Part shown: in pieces, positions 17,890 through 27,704 of the stretch | How the letters are laid out: each line of letters opens with the position of its first letter | Position numbering within the stretch: the first letter of the stretch is position 1 | Origin: a virus | Taxonomy: Duplodnaviria > Caudoviricetes | Strand: one strand, 5' to 3' | IMG/VR virus record: IMGVR_UViG_3300032373_000010 | Span: 1-54,560 of that record | DNA: 54,560 nt | The notes under the pieces: model-generated | What the model was told of the DNA's origin: nothing | The model's database searches: none | The model's input: the letters and a program-made list of their open reading frames with translations, nothing else | Translations under genes and position numbers: made by a program

Positions 17890-20800
17890 GAGAGCGCCCT
17901 ATTGAAAGCGGCGCGGTTGTTCTCGACGAACTGAAGCATGGCACCGCGCCCCCCGCGCAGCATGCGCTCCATGGACTGATCATTGGCCTGGACGACCGCG
18001 GTCGCGGGCCCAGCGCTGGCGGCCTGGCGACCAGCCGAGGTGATTTGGGCGGTAGGCCCTTGGCGCAGGCCGCCGACAGTTCCTCCGACAGCGAACCCTC
18101 GCGCCCGCGACACCCTCGCCGTGGGGGTTGAGCGCCGGGCGCCTGCCAGCGCCGCGAGGTCCATGGGGTTGATCAGCCCGCTTACGATCCCCTGGATCCC
18201 AGCCGCATACTTGCGCGACTTGGGGGCGCTGATCACGGTCTCCCCGGGCGTGAGCCAGGCAGGGACGGTGTCGCTCTTGGCGATCCCCCGAGGGCGCGCG
18301 GCGAGGGCGTGGGGAGAGGCCGCAGCAGAGCCGGGGACGGTGCCACCCTCGGCCAGGCCGATAGCCCCGCCGATCGAGCCCAGCAGCCCTCCGATCGCGG
18401 AGGCGGTCTTCGCAGCGCCGGCAGCACCGACAGCGGCAAGGCCGGGCACGAAGGAGGTCACCACGGCGGTCACGGCTGCCGTCACGGCGATACCGATCAG
18501 GGTGCTGATAATCATTTGCGCGACGCTGCGAAGGAAGCTACCCAGGGCAGCCCTCGGGTCTGCTTCGGTGGTAGGGTCGAAAATGTCAACGATCAACTTG
18601 CCCGCCGCAGAACTGAACTGCTGGATCGTGCCCTTGATAATGCCGAAGGTCGTGGCAAAGGCCGAAGGCAGTCGCGCCAGTTCGTCAATCGAGAGTTGCA
18701 CGAAGCCAGCAACAAAGCCGTTGCTCCCGGCTAGGTTGGCCGCGCGCTCGGCGTTCGCAATGGCAGCCTCTTGAAGCGCCAGGGACTTCTGCGCCTCAAC
18801 ATTGAGCTTTTGCTCCTCAGCCGTGATCAGTCGCTTGGTCGCAAGGCGCGCACGCTCAGTCTCTACCAGGGAGCTGAGGATCGCCTCCTTCTGCTTCTCT
18901 GTAGTTGCGGAGAGAAGGTCTTCGCGAAGGGACTGCTGCTTGACGACGAGGGCCGTGCGAGTGTCCCGTAGGGAGTCGAGATTCTTCTGAGCCTGGGTCG
19001 TCAGCTCTTTGGTCTTTGCCCGCTCAATGTTGAGGGCAGCCTGGGCCTGCGCGGCAGCCACTTGGGCCTGGCTGCCGCCCCCCTGAGCCAGGGCAGTCTG
19101 GGCCTGAGCCACCCGGATCGCCTCTTGGGCGTTGACCTGGCGAAGAGCTGTGGTCTTGCGGATCTCCTCAGCAGCGGAGCGCGCCTGGAGGGTAATGATC
19201 CGAGCCAGGCTGGCCTGCTCCTGCGCCAGGAGGGCAACCCGGTCGTTTTGGATCGCCTTGATCTCCTCCTGCTTGACCTTGATCTCTCCGAAACCCCGGA
19301 CAGCGTCTAGGGTGAGATCGCCCAAGGTCTTTGCGGCGGAGGGGTCTAGGCCGTCGAACACGTCGGAGGCTGTGTCCCTAAGGCGATCCAGCCGCTCCTC
19401 CACTTCGGCGAGGTCTTGGAGCGCGCCGGCAAGAGCCGACTCTCCGCCCGCAGTGCTCCCCCCGTCGCGGCGGGCCTTTGCGATCTCCAACTCGGCGAGC
19501 TTGACCTTGTTGAGGACCACGAAGCGCTCGCGCTCTGACTTGACGGTCTCCCTGGCGACCCCAGAGGCTTGGGTGAGGATCTGGCGCTGCTCCTCCGAGA
19601 GACCGGCCAGCTTGGCGGCGGAGGCTGCCCTGCGGGACTCCAGCGCCTGGAGCTGCGCTCGGGCGATCTGCTCCTCGCGGACGAGCGCAACACTCCGAGC
19701 CTGGGTCTGCTGGGCAGACTTCACGGTCGCGAGCTGCAGCTTCTGGGCCACGCCGACGAGCCCCAGCGTGGCGGCCTGCTGCTCCAGGGCGTCGGAGGTC
19801 TTCTTAGCCTCCTCGGTCAGCTTCTTCGCGGTCGCGCCTTGTGCGTCGGTCGCTCGCCGGGCGCGAGCCAGAATCGGGTCGAGCCTGTCCAGCACCACCG
19901 TCAGCCCGGTGAACTCCTCGGTCGCCTTCTTGGGCGGCCCGACAAGCGCCCCGGTCAGCCTCTTGCCTAGGGCTTCGGCTGCGTCGCCGGCCTTCTTCAG
20001 GAGGTCGGCAGCGATCTCTCCGGTGCCCTTGTTCCTGTTGACGATCTGGGCGTTGGTGGCCTTGCGCTGGGCCTCCCTGTCCTTGGCCTCAAGCGCAAAT
20101 CGCGTCTTCGCGGTAGCGAGGGATTCCTTCTCCTTCTTGATCTGTGCGTCAAGCGCAGCGACACCTGCAGTCCGAGCGTTTGCGATTCCGCCCAGAGTGG
20201 CGGCCAGCGCCTTACTGATTCCGACCAGGCGGGTAGCGAGGAACCCAGCCGCCCTGCCTACAGCGTCCACGAATGCCTTGGCTACGCCGAGAGAGGCCGT
20301 CTTTGCGGACGAGACAATGCTCTTGAAGACCACGGAAAAGGAGGACGTTAGATCGCCTACCGCAGCAATCAGATCGTTCGCCAGGATCGAGGCGATCGAG
20401 GCGAAAGTGAGTTTGGTCTCCCCCGCCGAGGCGGAGAGCTTCTGCATTACCAGGAACGCGGCGGCGATAGCCTTGACCAGAACCAGAGCCGAGGCAGCGG
20501 CCAGGAGGAGGGGCGCAGACGTAAGGGCGGCGGCAGCAGCGGCAGCCTTAGTCTTTGCGGCGACCAGCGCCAGCGCAGCCGCGAGCCCTCCAGCCGCCGC
20601 TGTGGCCGCGCTGATCGACGCTGCGATTGAGGCAAGGCCCACCGTGATTGAGGCGGCGCGAAGCGCGGCGGCCAGTGCGGCTGAGGCCACAGCCGCGATC
20701 TTGGCCCTCAGTCCCAGGAAAGTCACCGCAGCGGTAAGGGCGGCGGCAGCAGCGGTGGCGGCCTTGAACGCCAGGACGATCCCTCCCAGCACCACCAGAA

Positions 20801-22433
20801 TCCGGGTCAGGGTCGTCAGGGACTCAACCCCCCCGAAGTCTCGCCCGGTGATCTGGCTGATCAGGTTGGTCACGTTGCGAAGAACGCCAGCAAGATCGTT
20901 GGCCCCCTTGACGAAGCCCTCAATGATCCGACCCACGATCTGCGCGACGTTGGTGAGGGTGTCTCCGATCGTTTGGGCGCCGGCTTCGAGGTCAGCGAAT
21001 CCGAGCGCGCCGCCTAGCCTGCGGGCCTCCTCGACCGCACCCTCCAGGCCCGACGCCAAGGACTCCACGATCGCGAGCGCTTTGGGGTTGGGGCTCAAGA
21101 CACCCGTGATCGGGTCCGTGTCGGTGGCGAGGCCGATCGTGTCCTTGAGGATCCCCTTCAACTCGTTGAAGAACTCCAGGCCGCCCGCGCCGAGGAGTTG
21201 GCTTACCGCGTCCTTCGCGTTGGAGAAGAGGGCCTCGAAGGTGCCGAGGGCCACCTCGCCGGCCTCGGAGAATGCCCCGAAGCGGGAGTTCAGGAACTCG
21301 ACGAGGGCGCCCGCCTCCTTGGCGCGGCGAATGTCCTCGTTGGTGATTCCCAGGACCGCAGCCAGGCGGGTGGTGCGCTGTTGAATCGTGCCCGAGAGGA
21401 TCGAGCGGATCTCCTCTGAGAGTTGGTTCTGGGCGACGCCGGCAGCCGAGGCCGCCTGGCTGATCTGAATGGTGAGCTTGCGGACCTCGTCGAGGGACAG
21501 CCCCGCGGCGAGACCCGGGCCCACTGCGACTTGGAAGGTCTCCACGAGCTGCGCGAAGGTCGCGGCAGTCTTGAGGCCGTCACGACGCAGGAGGTTCGTC
21601 TGGCGCCGCGCTTCCTTCTGGGCAAGGGCAAGGCGCTGCGCAGGCTCCACAGCCCCGCCTAGGGCGTCCCTGACACCCGTGGAGGCTGTGACGAGCGCGG
21701 CGATCGAGAGTTCGGCGGTCTCCACGACCCTGTTGAACTCGACCATTTGCTTGACGAGTTCGCCGATCCCCTGGGCAGCGAGGCGCGCGGCGGTGAACGC
21801 AGCCAGCACCCCGAAGAGGCGCCGGAAGGTAAAGAGCATGCGCGAGCCGCTCTTTTCGGCTGTGGCTGCTGCCTTGCCCGCGTCAACGATCGGCGTGATA
21901 GGGGGAGGAGTCGGGATCGGAGCAGTGGGAGAGGGGACCTCAGGGCCCCTGGAGGGCGGCAGGATAGCCCCCGCCTGACCCCCAGCGAGGAGGTTGTCGA
22001 GGCGGCGTCCTCCGGCCCGAGCCGCAGCCCGGCGAGCCGCGTTGAGGCGCTCGTAGGCAGTGGTGAGTTTGAGGACCGCGGTGCGCTCGATCCTGAAGGA
22101 GCGCAGGCGCTGGGCCTGGATCTCGCGGAGCCCTTGGGTGTCGGTCCCCAGTTGCCGGATCGCGTCTGCCTCCGCTTGGGACTGGGCAATGCGGTCCTGT
22201 GAGGCGACCCCCGCGCGAGCGGTGGCTGTGGCGACTCGATCCGCGGCCTTAGCGATTCGGTCTAGGTTGCGGGCAACCCCCGAGGACTCGCGACCGAGCC
22301 CCCGGACGTTGTTCTTGAAGTCACGGAACGCCTTCTTAGCGACCACGACTTGGGTGCGGAACTGCTTGAGCGCCCCCGAGAATTTATTCTCGACGGTGAT
22401 CGTGTAGCGCAATCCTCCTCTATCGACAGGCAC
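17886..22433 (-). CDS. Tail tape measure protein
   Basis: 1515 aa, Ala-rich helical, hydrophobic segments, C-terminal LAEGG..DTVPAWLTPGE; downstream of chaperones. Confidence 0.92.
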   Translation of the reverse strand: MPVDRGGLRYTITVENKFSGALKQFRTQVVVAKKAFRDFKNNVRGLGRESSGVARNLDRIAKAADRVATATARAGVASQDRIAQSQAEADAIRQLGTDTQGLREIQAQRLRSFRIERTAVLKLTTAYERLNAARRAAARAGGRRLDNLLAGGQAGAILPPSRGPEVPSPTAPIPTPPPITPIVDAGKAAATAEKSGSRMLFTFRRLFGVLAAFTAARLAAQGIGELVKQMVEFNRVVETAELSIAALVTASTGVRDALGGAVEPAQRLALAQKEARRQTNLLRRDGLKTAATFAQLVETFQVAVGPGLAAGLSLDEVRKLTIQISQAASAAGVAQNQLSEEIRSILSGTIQQRTTRLAAVLGITNEDIRRAKEAGALVEFLNSRFGAFSEAGEVALGTFEALFSNAKDAVSQLLGAGGLEFFNELKGILKDTIGLATDTDPITGVLSPNPKALAIVESLASGLEGAVEEARRLGGALGFADLEAGAQTIGDTLTNVAQIVGRIIEGFVKGANDLAGVLRNVTNLISQITGRDFGGVESLTTLTRILVVLGGIVLAFKAATAAAAALTAAVTFLGLRAKIAAVASAALAAALRAASITVGLASIAASISAATAAAGGLAAALALVAAKTKAAAAAAALTSAPLLLAAASALVLVKAIAAAFLVMQKLSASAGETKLTFASIASILANDLIAAVGDLTSSFSVVFKSIVSSAKTASLGVAKAFVDAVGRAAGFLATRLVGISKALAATLGGIANARTAGVAALDAQIKKEKESLATAKTRFALEAKDREAQRKATNAQIVNRNKGTGEIAADLLKKAGDAAEALGKRLTGALVGPPKKATEEFTGLTVVLDRLDPILARARRATDAQGATAKKLTEEAKKTSDALEQQAATLGLVGVAQKLQLATVKSAQQTQARSVALVREEQIARAQLQALESRRAASAAKLAGLSEEQRQILTQASGVARETVKSERERFVVLNKVKLAELEIAKARRDGGSTAGGESALAGALQDLAEVEERLDRLRDTASDVFDGLDPSAAKTLGDLTLDAVRGFGEIKVKQEEIKAIQNDRVALLAQEQASLARIITLQARSAAEEIRKTTALRQVNAQEAIRVAQAQTALAQGGGSQAQVAAAQAQAALNIERAKTKELTTQAQKNLDSLRDTRTALVVKQQSLREDLLSATTEKQKEAILSSLVETERARLATKRLITAEEQKLNVEAQKSLALQEAAIANAERAANLAGSNGFVAGFVQLSIDELARLPSAFATTFGIIKGTIQQFSSAAGKLIVDIFDPTTEADPRAALGSFLRSVAQMIISTLIGIAVTAAVTAVVTSFVPGLAAVGAAGAAKTASAIGGLLGSIGGAIGLAEGGTVPGSAAASPHALAARPRGIAKSDTVPAWLTPGETVISAPKSRKYAAGIQGIVSGLINPMDLAALAGARRSTPTARVSRARGFAVGGTVGGLRQGPTAQITSAGRQAASAGPATAVVQANDQSMERMLRGGRGAMLQFVENNRAAFNRALS

Positions 22434-22705
22434 TACTTGCCGCCCTTACCCTTGCGCCACGCGGAAATGAAGGCCCCCGCGTCGTTCTTCTTGGGCTTAC
22501 CCAGTCCGACCAACTTCTTGTAGGGCTTGAGGAGCTTCTCCATGTCTTTGCCTGCTGCTTGTGCTGAGCCCATTGCAATCCATGCCTCCTCGATCGTCTT
22601 CGCCGCGTTTACCCGGGTGGAGCTTTCGACAAGTGCCTGAAAGGCGAGCATGTCCAGGCTTATCACCCAGTCTGGATCGTGGCCTCGCTCTATGAGCGAG
22701 GTCAC
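22433..22705 (-). CDS. Tail assembly chaperone, C-terminal (GT-like) portion, probably expressed by -1 frameshift
   Basis: In frame with the -1 reading from the slippery site at 22798-22792, with no intervening stop. Confidence 0.75.
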   Translation of the reverse strand: MTSLIERGHDPDWVISLDMLAFQALVESSTRVNAAKTIEEAWIAMGSAQAAGKDMEKLLKPYKKLVGLGKPKKNDAGAFISAWRKGKGGK

Positions 22706-22713
22706 TTGGTCTG

Positions 22714-23280
22714 CTAGGTCGAGCCAGCCGTCTCCGGCGCTTCGCCGACTTCGCTTGCCGCGCCCAGGCTTAGCCCCGGCGCGATCTCTGCCAAAGGGCC
22801 TAGCACCTCCTTGTTCGCGGCGGCGACGCCCTTGAGGAGATCCACGAGCACGGCGCCGCTGACCTCGCCCATGAAGCCCCCGGCAGAGGGGTTGCCCTTG
22901 TTGCCTCGGGGGAACTCGTCTTGGAGGGAGTCCATGATCAACTCGCCCACGACCTCGCCGTTCTTCGGGTCGAGGAGGGCGTCCACAGCCTCCGCGAGGG
23001 AGTCGGCCCGCTGCTCAGAGCGGAACTTCGCAAGGGACGTGGCAGGCGGCTCCGAGATCACCTCGGTCGAGCCGTCAGCGTGGGTCCGCTGGGTTACGCC
23101 GTGGTCGTTGTCGCCGGAGGAGAAGAGGGTGCTCAGGGCCTTGGCGAGCGGCTTGCCGATCCGCCTCAGCTTGAACATGACCTCCACCCGCACGGGGTAG
23201 AACTTGAGGTCACAGCCGTTGACTTTGTGCTCAACGTAGTTTGTGCGCCCCAGAAAATGCTTGCCGTCTTTCCAGCTCAT
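22714..23280 (-). CDS. Tail assembly chaperone (G-like)
   Basis: Canonical position between tail tube and TMP; contains slippery heptamer. Confidence 0.8.
   Translation of the reverse strand: MSWKDGKHFLGRTNYVEHKVNGCDLKFYPVRVEVMFKLRRIGKPLAKALSTLFSSGDNDHGVTQRTHADGSTEVISEPPATSLAKFRSEQRADSLAEAVDALLDPKNGEVVGELIMDSLQDEFPRGNKGNPSAGGFMGEVSGAVLVDLLKGVAAANKEVLGPLAEIAPGLSLGAASEVGEAPETAGST
22792..22798 (-). other. Programmed -1 ribosomal frameshift site C CCT TTG
   Basis: X XXY YYZ heptamer in the correct codon phase (Gly-Pro-Leu); the -1 frame reads PFGRDRAGAKPGRGKRSRRSAGDGWLDLADQ into VTSLIERG. Confidence 0.8.
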
Positions 23281-23302
23281 GTGTCTGCCTTTTCATGTGA
23301 GA

Positions 23303-23342
23303 GAAGCCGGGCCCGGGACTTCCATAGCCCAGACCCGGCTTC
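23303..23342 (-). terminator. Stem-loop after tail tube gene
   Basis: GAAGCCGGG / CCCGGCTTC 9-bp inverted repeat; weak U-tract. Confidence 0.55.
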
Positions 23343-23365
23343 GTGAGTCTACCTCAAGCGCCGAC

Positions 23366-24217
23366 TTAGGAGTTGGCGTGATCCTTGATCGTGAGGGTCT
23401 TGCCGGCCACGTTGGCCTCAGCCGTCGCGGTGTAGCCCATGACGGTCCACTCGTCGCCGATCCCGGCGAGGTCGCCCTCGGACTTCAGCGAGAGCTGGTG
23501 GAAGGTGTAGGCCGTCTCCTTGTCGTTGTCGGCGGGGTTGACGCCAATGAAGAGCAGGGCCATGGCGGGGTTGGTGCCGGTGAGGGCCTCGACCTCGTCG
23601 AAGGTCGCCGCAGCCGCAGCCGTGGCCGCGACGGTGACGGCAATGTCGAGCCCTGCGGTGACGGAGGCTGCCGCCCGAATGAAGACCCGACCGTTCTTCG
23701 CGTCGAGGTCGTAGTCGGTGCCGAGGACGAGCACGACGGGGGTGCCGCCAGTGTCGGTCGTGATCGTGACGTTGGCCGGAAGGAGGTCAACAGCCTGGAC
23801 CCCAGCGGGGCTCAGAATGTTATACCAGCGGCCACCGATCGCGGAGAAGTCGGGCGCGACCGTGCAGAAGACCGTGAGCGCGAAGCCGGCGACGGTGGGG
23901 TTCACCGTGCCAGCGGTCGCGGTGCCCGAGAGGAAGAGGGCGAGGTTCTGCGCGCTCAGCTCGTCGAGCTGGAAGGAGACCGAGACCTCCTGAGAGATCA
24001 CGACTTCCTTGTCCGTGACCTTCAGCCCGATCCGCGAGGACTGGTGCTTGAGCGTCTCGGTGTCGAGGCTGGTGTTGAACTCGGGCGCGTTGCCAAGGTC
24101 CCGCCAGCCGTCGTCCCCAGGGAGCCCGGTGGTGCTGTCCAAGATCGCGGCGTAGAGGCGCCCGCGTCCGAGGTTGTAGAGGCTGGTGTCCGGTAGTCCG
24201 GTGGTGTTCAAGCCCAT
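23366..24217 (-). CDS. Major tail (tube) protein
   Basis: YNLGRGRLY...WRDLGNAPEF...LKHQSSR.G...QLDELS..NLAL siphovirus tube pattern; GGAG RBS. Confidence 0.85.
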   Translation of the reverse strand: MGLNTTGLPDTSLYNLGRGRLYAAILDSTTGLPGDDGWRDLGNAPEFNTSLDTETLKHQSSRIGLKVTDKEVVISQEVSVSFQLDELSAQNLALFLSGTATAGTVNPTVAGFALTVFCTVAPDFSAIGGRWYNILSPAGVQAVDLLPANVTITTDTGGTPVVLVLGTDYDLDAKNGRVFIRAAASVTAGLDIAVTVAATAAAAATFDEVEALTGTNPAMALLFIGVNPADNDKETAYTFHQLSLKSEGDLAGIGDEWTVMGYTATAEANVAGKTLTIKDHANS

Positions 24218-24227
24218 GGCGGGTCTC

Positions 24228-24674
24228 CTATCGCCTTCCTAGGCGAGCAGCAAAAGTGAATTCGATCAAGGTCCCGTTGTGGGCGCTCTGTTTGATTGGG
24301 TGGCCGTAGGTCGCTCGCTGGAGGATCAGCGTGGCCTGACGGAAGTCGGTCGTCTTGGGCAGGATCAGGGGATCGCCCTGCCATGCCTCCTCGGCGTGGT
24401 AGGCGGTGATCTCCCGGTTGAACTTGACCTTCGCGAGCCAGAGCCACTGGGGCCGGTCGAGGATCAGAGCGCGCCCGTAGCGCGGATCGACCTCGAAGCC
24501 AGCGTCGATCTCGTTGGTCTGAGCGCTGTCAGGCGGATAGGGCGTGTCGATCAGGGGATCCACGTCCGACGCGATCTTCGACCCTGGGGGGTAGTTCACG
24601 GGAAAGTAGGGCCCAGCCTCGATCAAAGCGAGGAGCGCGTTCTGAATGCGGATCTTGTCTGAACGGTTGGGCAT
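24228..24674 (-). CDS. Putative tail terminator/completion protein
   Basis: Position and size just before the tube gene. Confidence 0.55.
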   Translation of the reverse strand: MPNRSDKIRIQNALLALIEAGPYFPVNYPPGSKIASDVDPLIDTPYPPDSAQTNEIDAGFEVDPRYGRALILDRPQWLWLAKVKFNREITAYHAEEAWQGDPLILPKTTDFRQATLILQRATYGHPIKQSAHNGTLIEFTFAARLGRR

Positions 24675-25198
24675 TAGCTGTAGAGGATCGGGCGGATTGA
24701 ATCACCCGGCCTGGGTTGAACGGTGTCGGGCTCGAAGACGACGACGCTGAGCTTTCCGGTCGAGTCGGTGTCTCCGAGGAGGTCGGCAATAGCCTCCTCG
24801 ACTTCCTTCTGGAGCGCCTCGATCTCCTTCTCCAGGGCGCGCTGCCCCTTGCGGGTGAGGGGCTCCTCGTTCCATGTGTCGTGGGTGCTGCCGCTGGCGT
24901 CCATGAACAGCATGGGCAGGACCTTGAGCAGCCGCAGCCGCACGTAGATCTGCTCAAGGTTGTTGGCTTGGGTCCGCACGAGGTCGGCAGACGTGGTGGC
25001 GTTCTCCACGTAGGCGACAGCCAGGATCTCGTTGACCTTGGTCAAACCCAGCCCCCGCTCCTCGTCGTAGAGCGCCACGCGGACCCACTCGACGGCTTCG
25101 TCGATCTGGGCCAAGGCGTCCGACTGTGCCGCACCCGAGAGCCGCAAGCGGGCCTTGAGTGTGGTCATATCGGCAACGAAGAGGGGGGCGACAGGCAT
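24674..25198 (-). CDS. Putative head-tail adaptor
   Basis: Position; helical N-terminus TTLKARLRL typical of connectors. Confidence 0.6.
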   Translation of the reverse strand: MPVAPLFVADMTTLKARLRLSGAAQSDALAQIDEAVEWVRVALYDEERGLGLTKVNEILAVAYVENATTSADLVRTQANNLEQIYVRLRLLKVLPMLFMDASGSTHDTWNEEPLTRKGQRALEKEIEALQKEVEEAIADLLGDTDSTGKLSVVVFEPDTVQPRPGDSIRPILYS

Positions 25199-25201
25199 GA
25201 C

Positions 25202-25618
25202 TTACTCGGGCGCCTCGTAGTCTTCGGAGAGGAGAGCGATCGCTTCCTCTTCGGTGTCGAGCAGGCCGATCGAGTCGTCCCGCTCCATGATCATTACGTT
25301 GAGCTGGTCGAGGCTCATGCCCCGCAGCCCGTCTGGGTCGAGGTTCCACTTGCTGGCGATCTTGACGGGCTTGCCGTTCTCGCCCATGGAGGTCGCGGCC
25401 TCGACGCCAGGGGGGAGACCGTCCCCGCCAAGCTCCGCCTCGATCTCCTCGACCGACAGGGTGGCGACGCTGCCCTTGATCACGTCAAGGAAGCCGTTCT
25501 TCATGTGCTGCTGGATTTGCTTCGACGAAAGGACGCCCGAGGGGATTACCTCGCCGCCCACGAAGAGCTTGCCCTTGGGGCACAGGATCGAGCCGCCTTT
25601 TCTGACTTTGAGAATCAT
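25202..25618 (-). CDS. Hypothetical protein
   Basis: AAGGA RBS; located in the head-neck region. Confidence 0.65.
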   Translation of the reverse strand: MILKVRKGGSILCPKGKLFVGGEVIPSGVLSSKQIQQHMKNGFLDVIKGSVATLSVEEIEAELGGDGLPPGVEAATSMGENGKPVKIASKWNLDPDGLRGMSLDQLNVMIMERDDSIGLLDTEEEAIALLSEDYEAPE

Positions 25619-25657
25619 GTTCCATGTTCCTTATCTGGGGGTGAGCCAGAGTCTACC

Positions 25658-26071
25658 CTACGCGGCGGGCTGGACAGCCTGGGCGTAGGTGACCACGACC
25701 TTCACGGCGCCCGAGACGAAGGTCTCGACCCCAGGGGGCGTCACGGTGAGCCCCTGAGCCGTGGCTGCCCAGAGCGTGCCGGGCGCGACGGTGTAGTCGG
25801 TCTCGTCGCTGACGGTGTTCAGGGCCCCGGCAATCGCGGCTCCGAAGGCGTCGGCGTCTCCGCCCGTGATCCCGAGGTCCACGGTGTTGGTCGCGCCGCT
25901 CGTCACGATCGGGGTGGTGACTCGCATGGAGACACCCAGGAGGGTGGCGCCTGCGGGGATTGCGGCGGCGAGGGCTGCGCTCACAGAGAGATCGTCAAGC
26001 TCCAGCGTGACCGTCGTGGACTTGAGCACGTAGCGACGCCAGAGGTCGAGCAGGTTCTTTAGGGTGCGCAT
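25658..26071 (-). CDS. Putative capsid cement/spike-base protein
   Basis: IPAGATLLGVSMRVTT..VDLG small beta-rich protein downstream of the capsid gene. Confidence 0.55.
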   Translation of the reverse strand: MRTLKNLLDLWRRYVLKSTTVTLELDDLSVSAALAAAIPAGATLLGVSMRVTTPIVTSGATNTVDLGITGGDADAFGAAIAGALNTVSDETDYTVAPGTLWAATAQGLTVTPPGVETFVSGAVKVVVTYAQAVQPAA

Positions 26072-26099
26072 TGGATTCTCGCTTCGTGTGGGGTTATGA

Positions 26100-26126
26100 G
26101 CAGGGGGCCCCTATAGAGCCCCCTGC
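26100..26126 (-). terminator. Stem-loop after major capsid gene
   Basis: GCAGGGGGC / GCCCCCTGC 9-bp inverted repeat. Confidence 0.6.
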
Positions 26127-26157
26127 GTTGTCTCTGCGTTGAAGGCTAGGCCGAGGC

Positions 26158-27213
26158 CTAGGCGATCACCTGCATGCTGACCATGGCGCCGGGGCGGCGC
26201 GGGACGGGCAGCGGACGGCTGTGGGCGAGGGCGATCATTTGGCTCGGGTCCTCGTTCTCCCAGCTCTTGGAGAAACGCTCACCCTGGAACTTGCGCCCCT
26301 GGAGAGCCTTCATGTCTGGGATCGCGCCGTAGTAGAGCGTGAACTCGGCGGCGGCGCCCTCGGCGACGAACTCGACGAACTTGTCGCGGATCAGCGGGGT
26401 GCTGACACCGGCCACGGCCACCGTGCGGGAATACTCCCAGCACTCGACGCCGCAGAACTGGCCGAGGTAGATCACGCCCTCGTTGGAATACTGCTGCTGC
26501 AGGGTCAAGTTGCCCGTGTCGAGCTTGGGGCCCTGACCGAGGTTGCCCTGGATCTTGAGGATCTTGCGGAAGGCGGCGGCGGCGCCGGCACCCATGATCG
26601 CGTCCTTGAGGCCGAGGCCCACGGCGTCGCTGAGGAGCTTCTTGACGAGGTGGAAGTTCTCCTCGGGGTCGGGCAGCGTCGGATCCGCGTCGTCCCAGAA
26701 GGTCGTCAGCGTGACGTTGTTCGCCGCAGGCTTGGGGTAGGTGATCGTGAAGTGCTCGTTCGGGCTGACCGAGTAGCTCACGACGCCCGTCAGCGAGAGA
26801 GCGCAGAGGTATTCCTCGGCGTTCGTGATCGCGTCGGCCATGACTTGCATGTCGCGCGCAATGTGCTGCTGGAGCGCCGAGACTTGCATGCCCGCACCCG
26901 GGCTGAAGATCACCGTGCCGGGGCGACGGTTGAAGAGCAGCCCGCTGGGGGTGAAGGGGCGCTTGACCCGAATGTTGGGCGCCGAGACCGTCTGGAAGGT
27001 CTCGCTGTGCCCGTCGATCAGGAGCGCGGCGCCGTTCTTCCGCACGAAGGGAGCGACCTCGCGGCCCTTCGTGAGGACCGAAAGCTCAATGTCCTCGGTC
27101 GGCAGGGTGACGTGCCGGCCATAGAGGCGCCGCTTGAGGAACTGGTTGGGCGACTTGATCTCGTTGACCAGCGGCGTGAGGCTGGTCCACTTGAGTTCGG
27201 TGATCGTGGACAT
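26158..27213 (-). CDS. Major capsid protein (lambda gpE-like)
   Basis: VAPFV, AITNAEEYLCALSLTG and C-terminal SKSW..EDPS...AHSRPLPVP match the Phage_cap_E pattern. Confidence 0.9.
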   Translation of the reverse strand: MSTITELKWTSLTPLVNEIKSPNQFLKRRLYGRHVTLPTEDIELSVLTKGREVAPFVRKNGAALLIDGHSETFQTVSAPNIRVKRPFTPSGLLFNRRPGTVIFSPGAGMQVSALQQHIARDMQVMADAITNAEEYLCALSLTGVVSYSVSPNEHFTITYPKPAANNVTLTTFWDDADPTLPDPEENFHLVKKLLSDAVGLGLKDAIMGAGAAAAFRKILKIQGNLGQGPKLDTGNLTLQQQYSNEGVIYLGQFCGVECWEYSRTVAVAGVSTPLIRDKFVEFVAEGAAAEFTLYYGAIPDMKALQGRKFQGERFSKSWENEDPSQMIALAHSRPLPVPRRPGAMVSMQVIA

Positions 27214-27261
27214 GGGTGCTTCCTTGTTTGTTTCGGTGTAGGGGTAGGGCTAGCCTGTGGG

Positions 27262-27657
27262 CTAGCGGACCTGATCGAGGCCTTGGACTTCGATCCCAAG
27301 GAGGCGAGCTTCGGTGCGGAGAATGGCCTCAACGTCGGCGTCGGCCTCGGCGGAGGCAGCCTTCACGTCGTCGGCGTGGACGATCCCGCGGATCAGGACG
27401 TGGGCGATCACTTCGCCGCCAGCGTCGAGGACAGCGGCGTCAGGGAAGAGAATGCCCTTGAGGACCCCGGTGCCGTTGGCGCCGCCGTTGGTCCAGGGAA
27501 CCCAGAAGTTGGTCGCCGTGTTGAACGCCATGGGGGTGTTGACCGCCAGCGTGCCGGCGCCCGCCGCGAGGTTCTTGGGGGCCGTCTCCCGGGCGATCGT
27601 CCGGGTCGGGGCAGCAGGCGTGTTGCTGCTGAAAAGTTCGTTGGTAGCGTAAGCCAT
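27262..27657 (-). CDS. Head decoration protein (gpD-like)
   Basis: Between protease and capsid; VPW...GIL...GIV...LGI pattern. Confidence 0.75.
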   Translation of the reverse strand: MAYATNELFSSNTPAAPTRTIARETAPKNLAAGAGTLAVNTPMAFNTATNFWVPWTNGGANGTGVLKGILFPDAAVLDAGGEVIAHVLIRGIVHADDVKAASAEADADVEAILRTEARLLGIEVQGLDQVR

Positions 27658-27704
27658 GGTGGTCTCCTGCTTGTCTGTTCTTTGGGTGCGAGGGGCCTAG
27701 GGCC

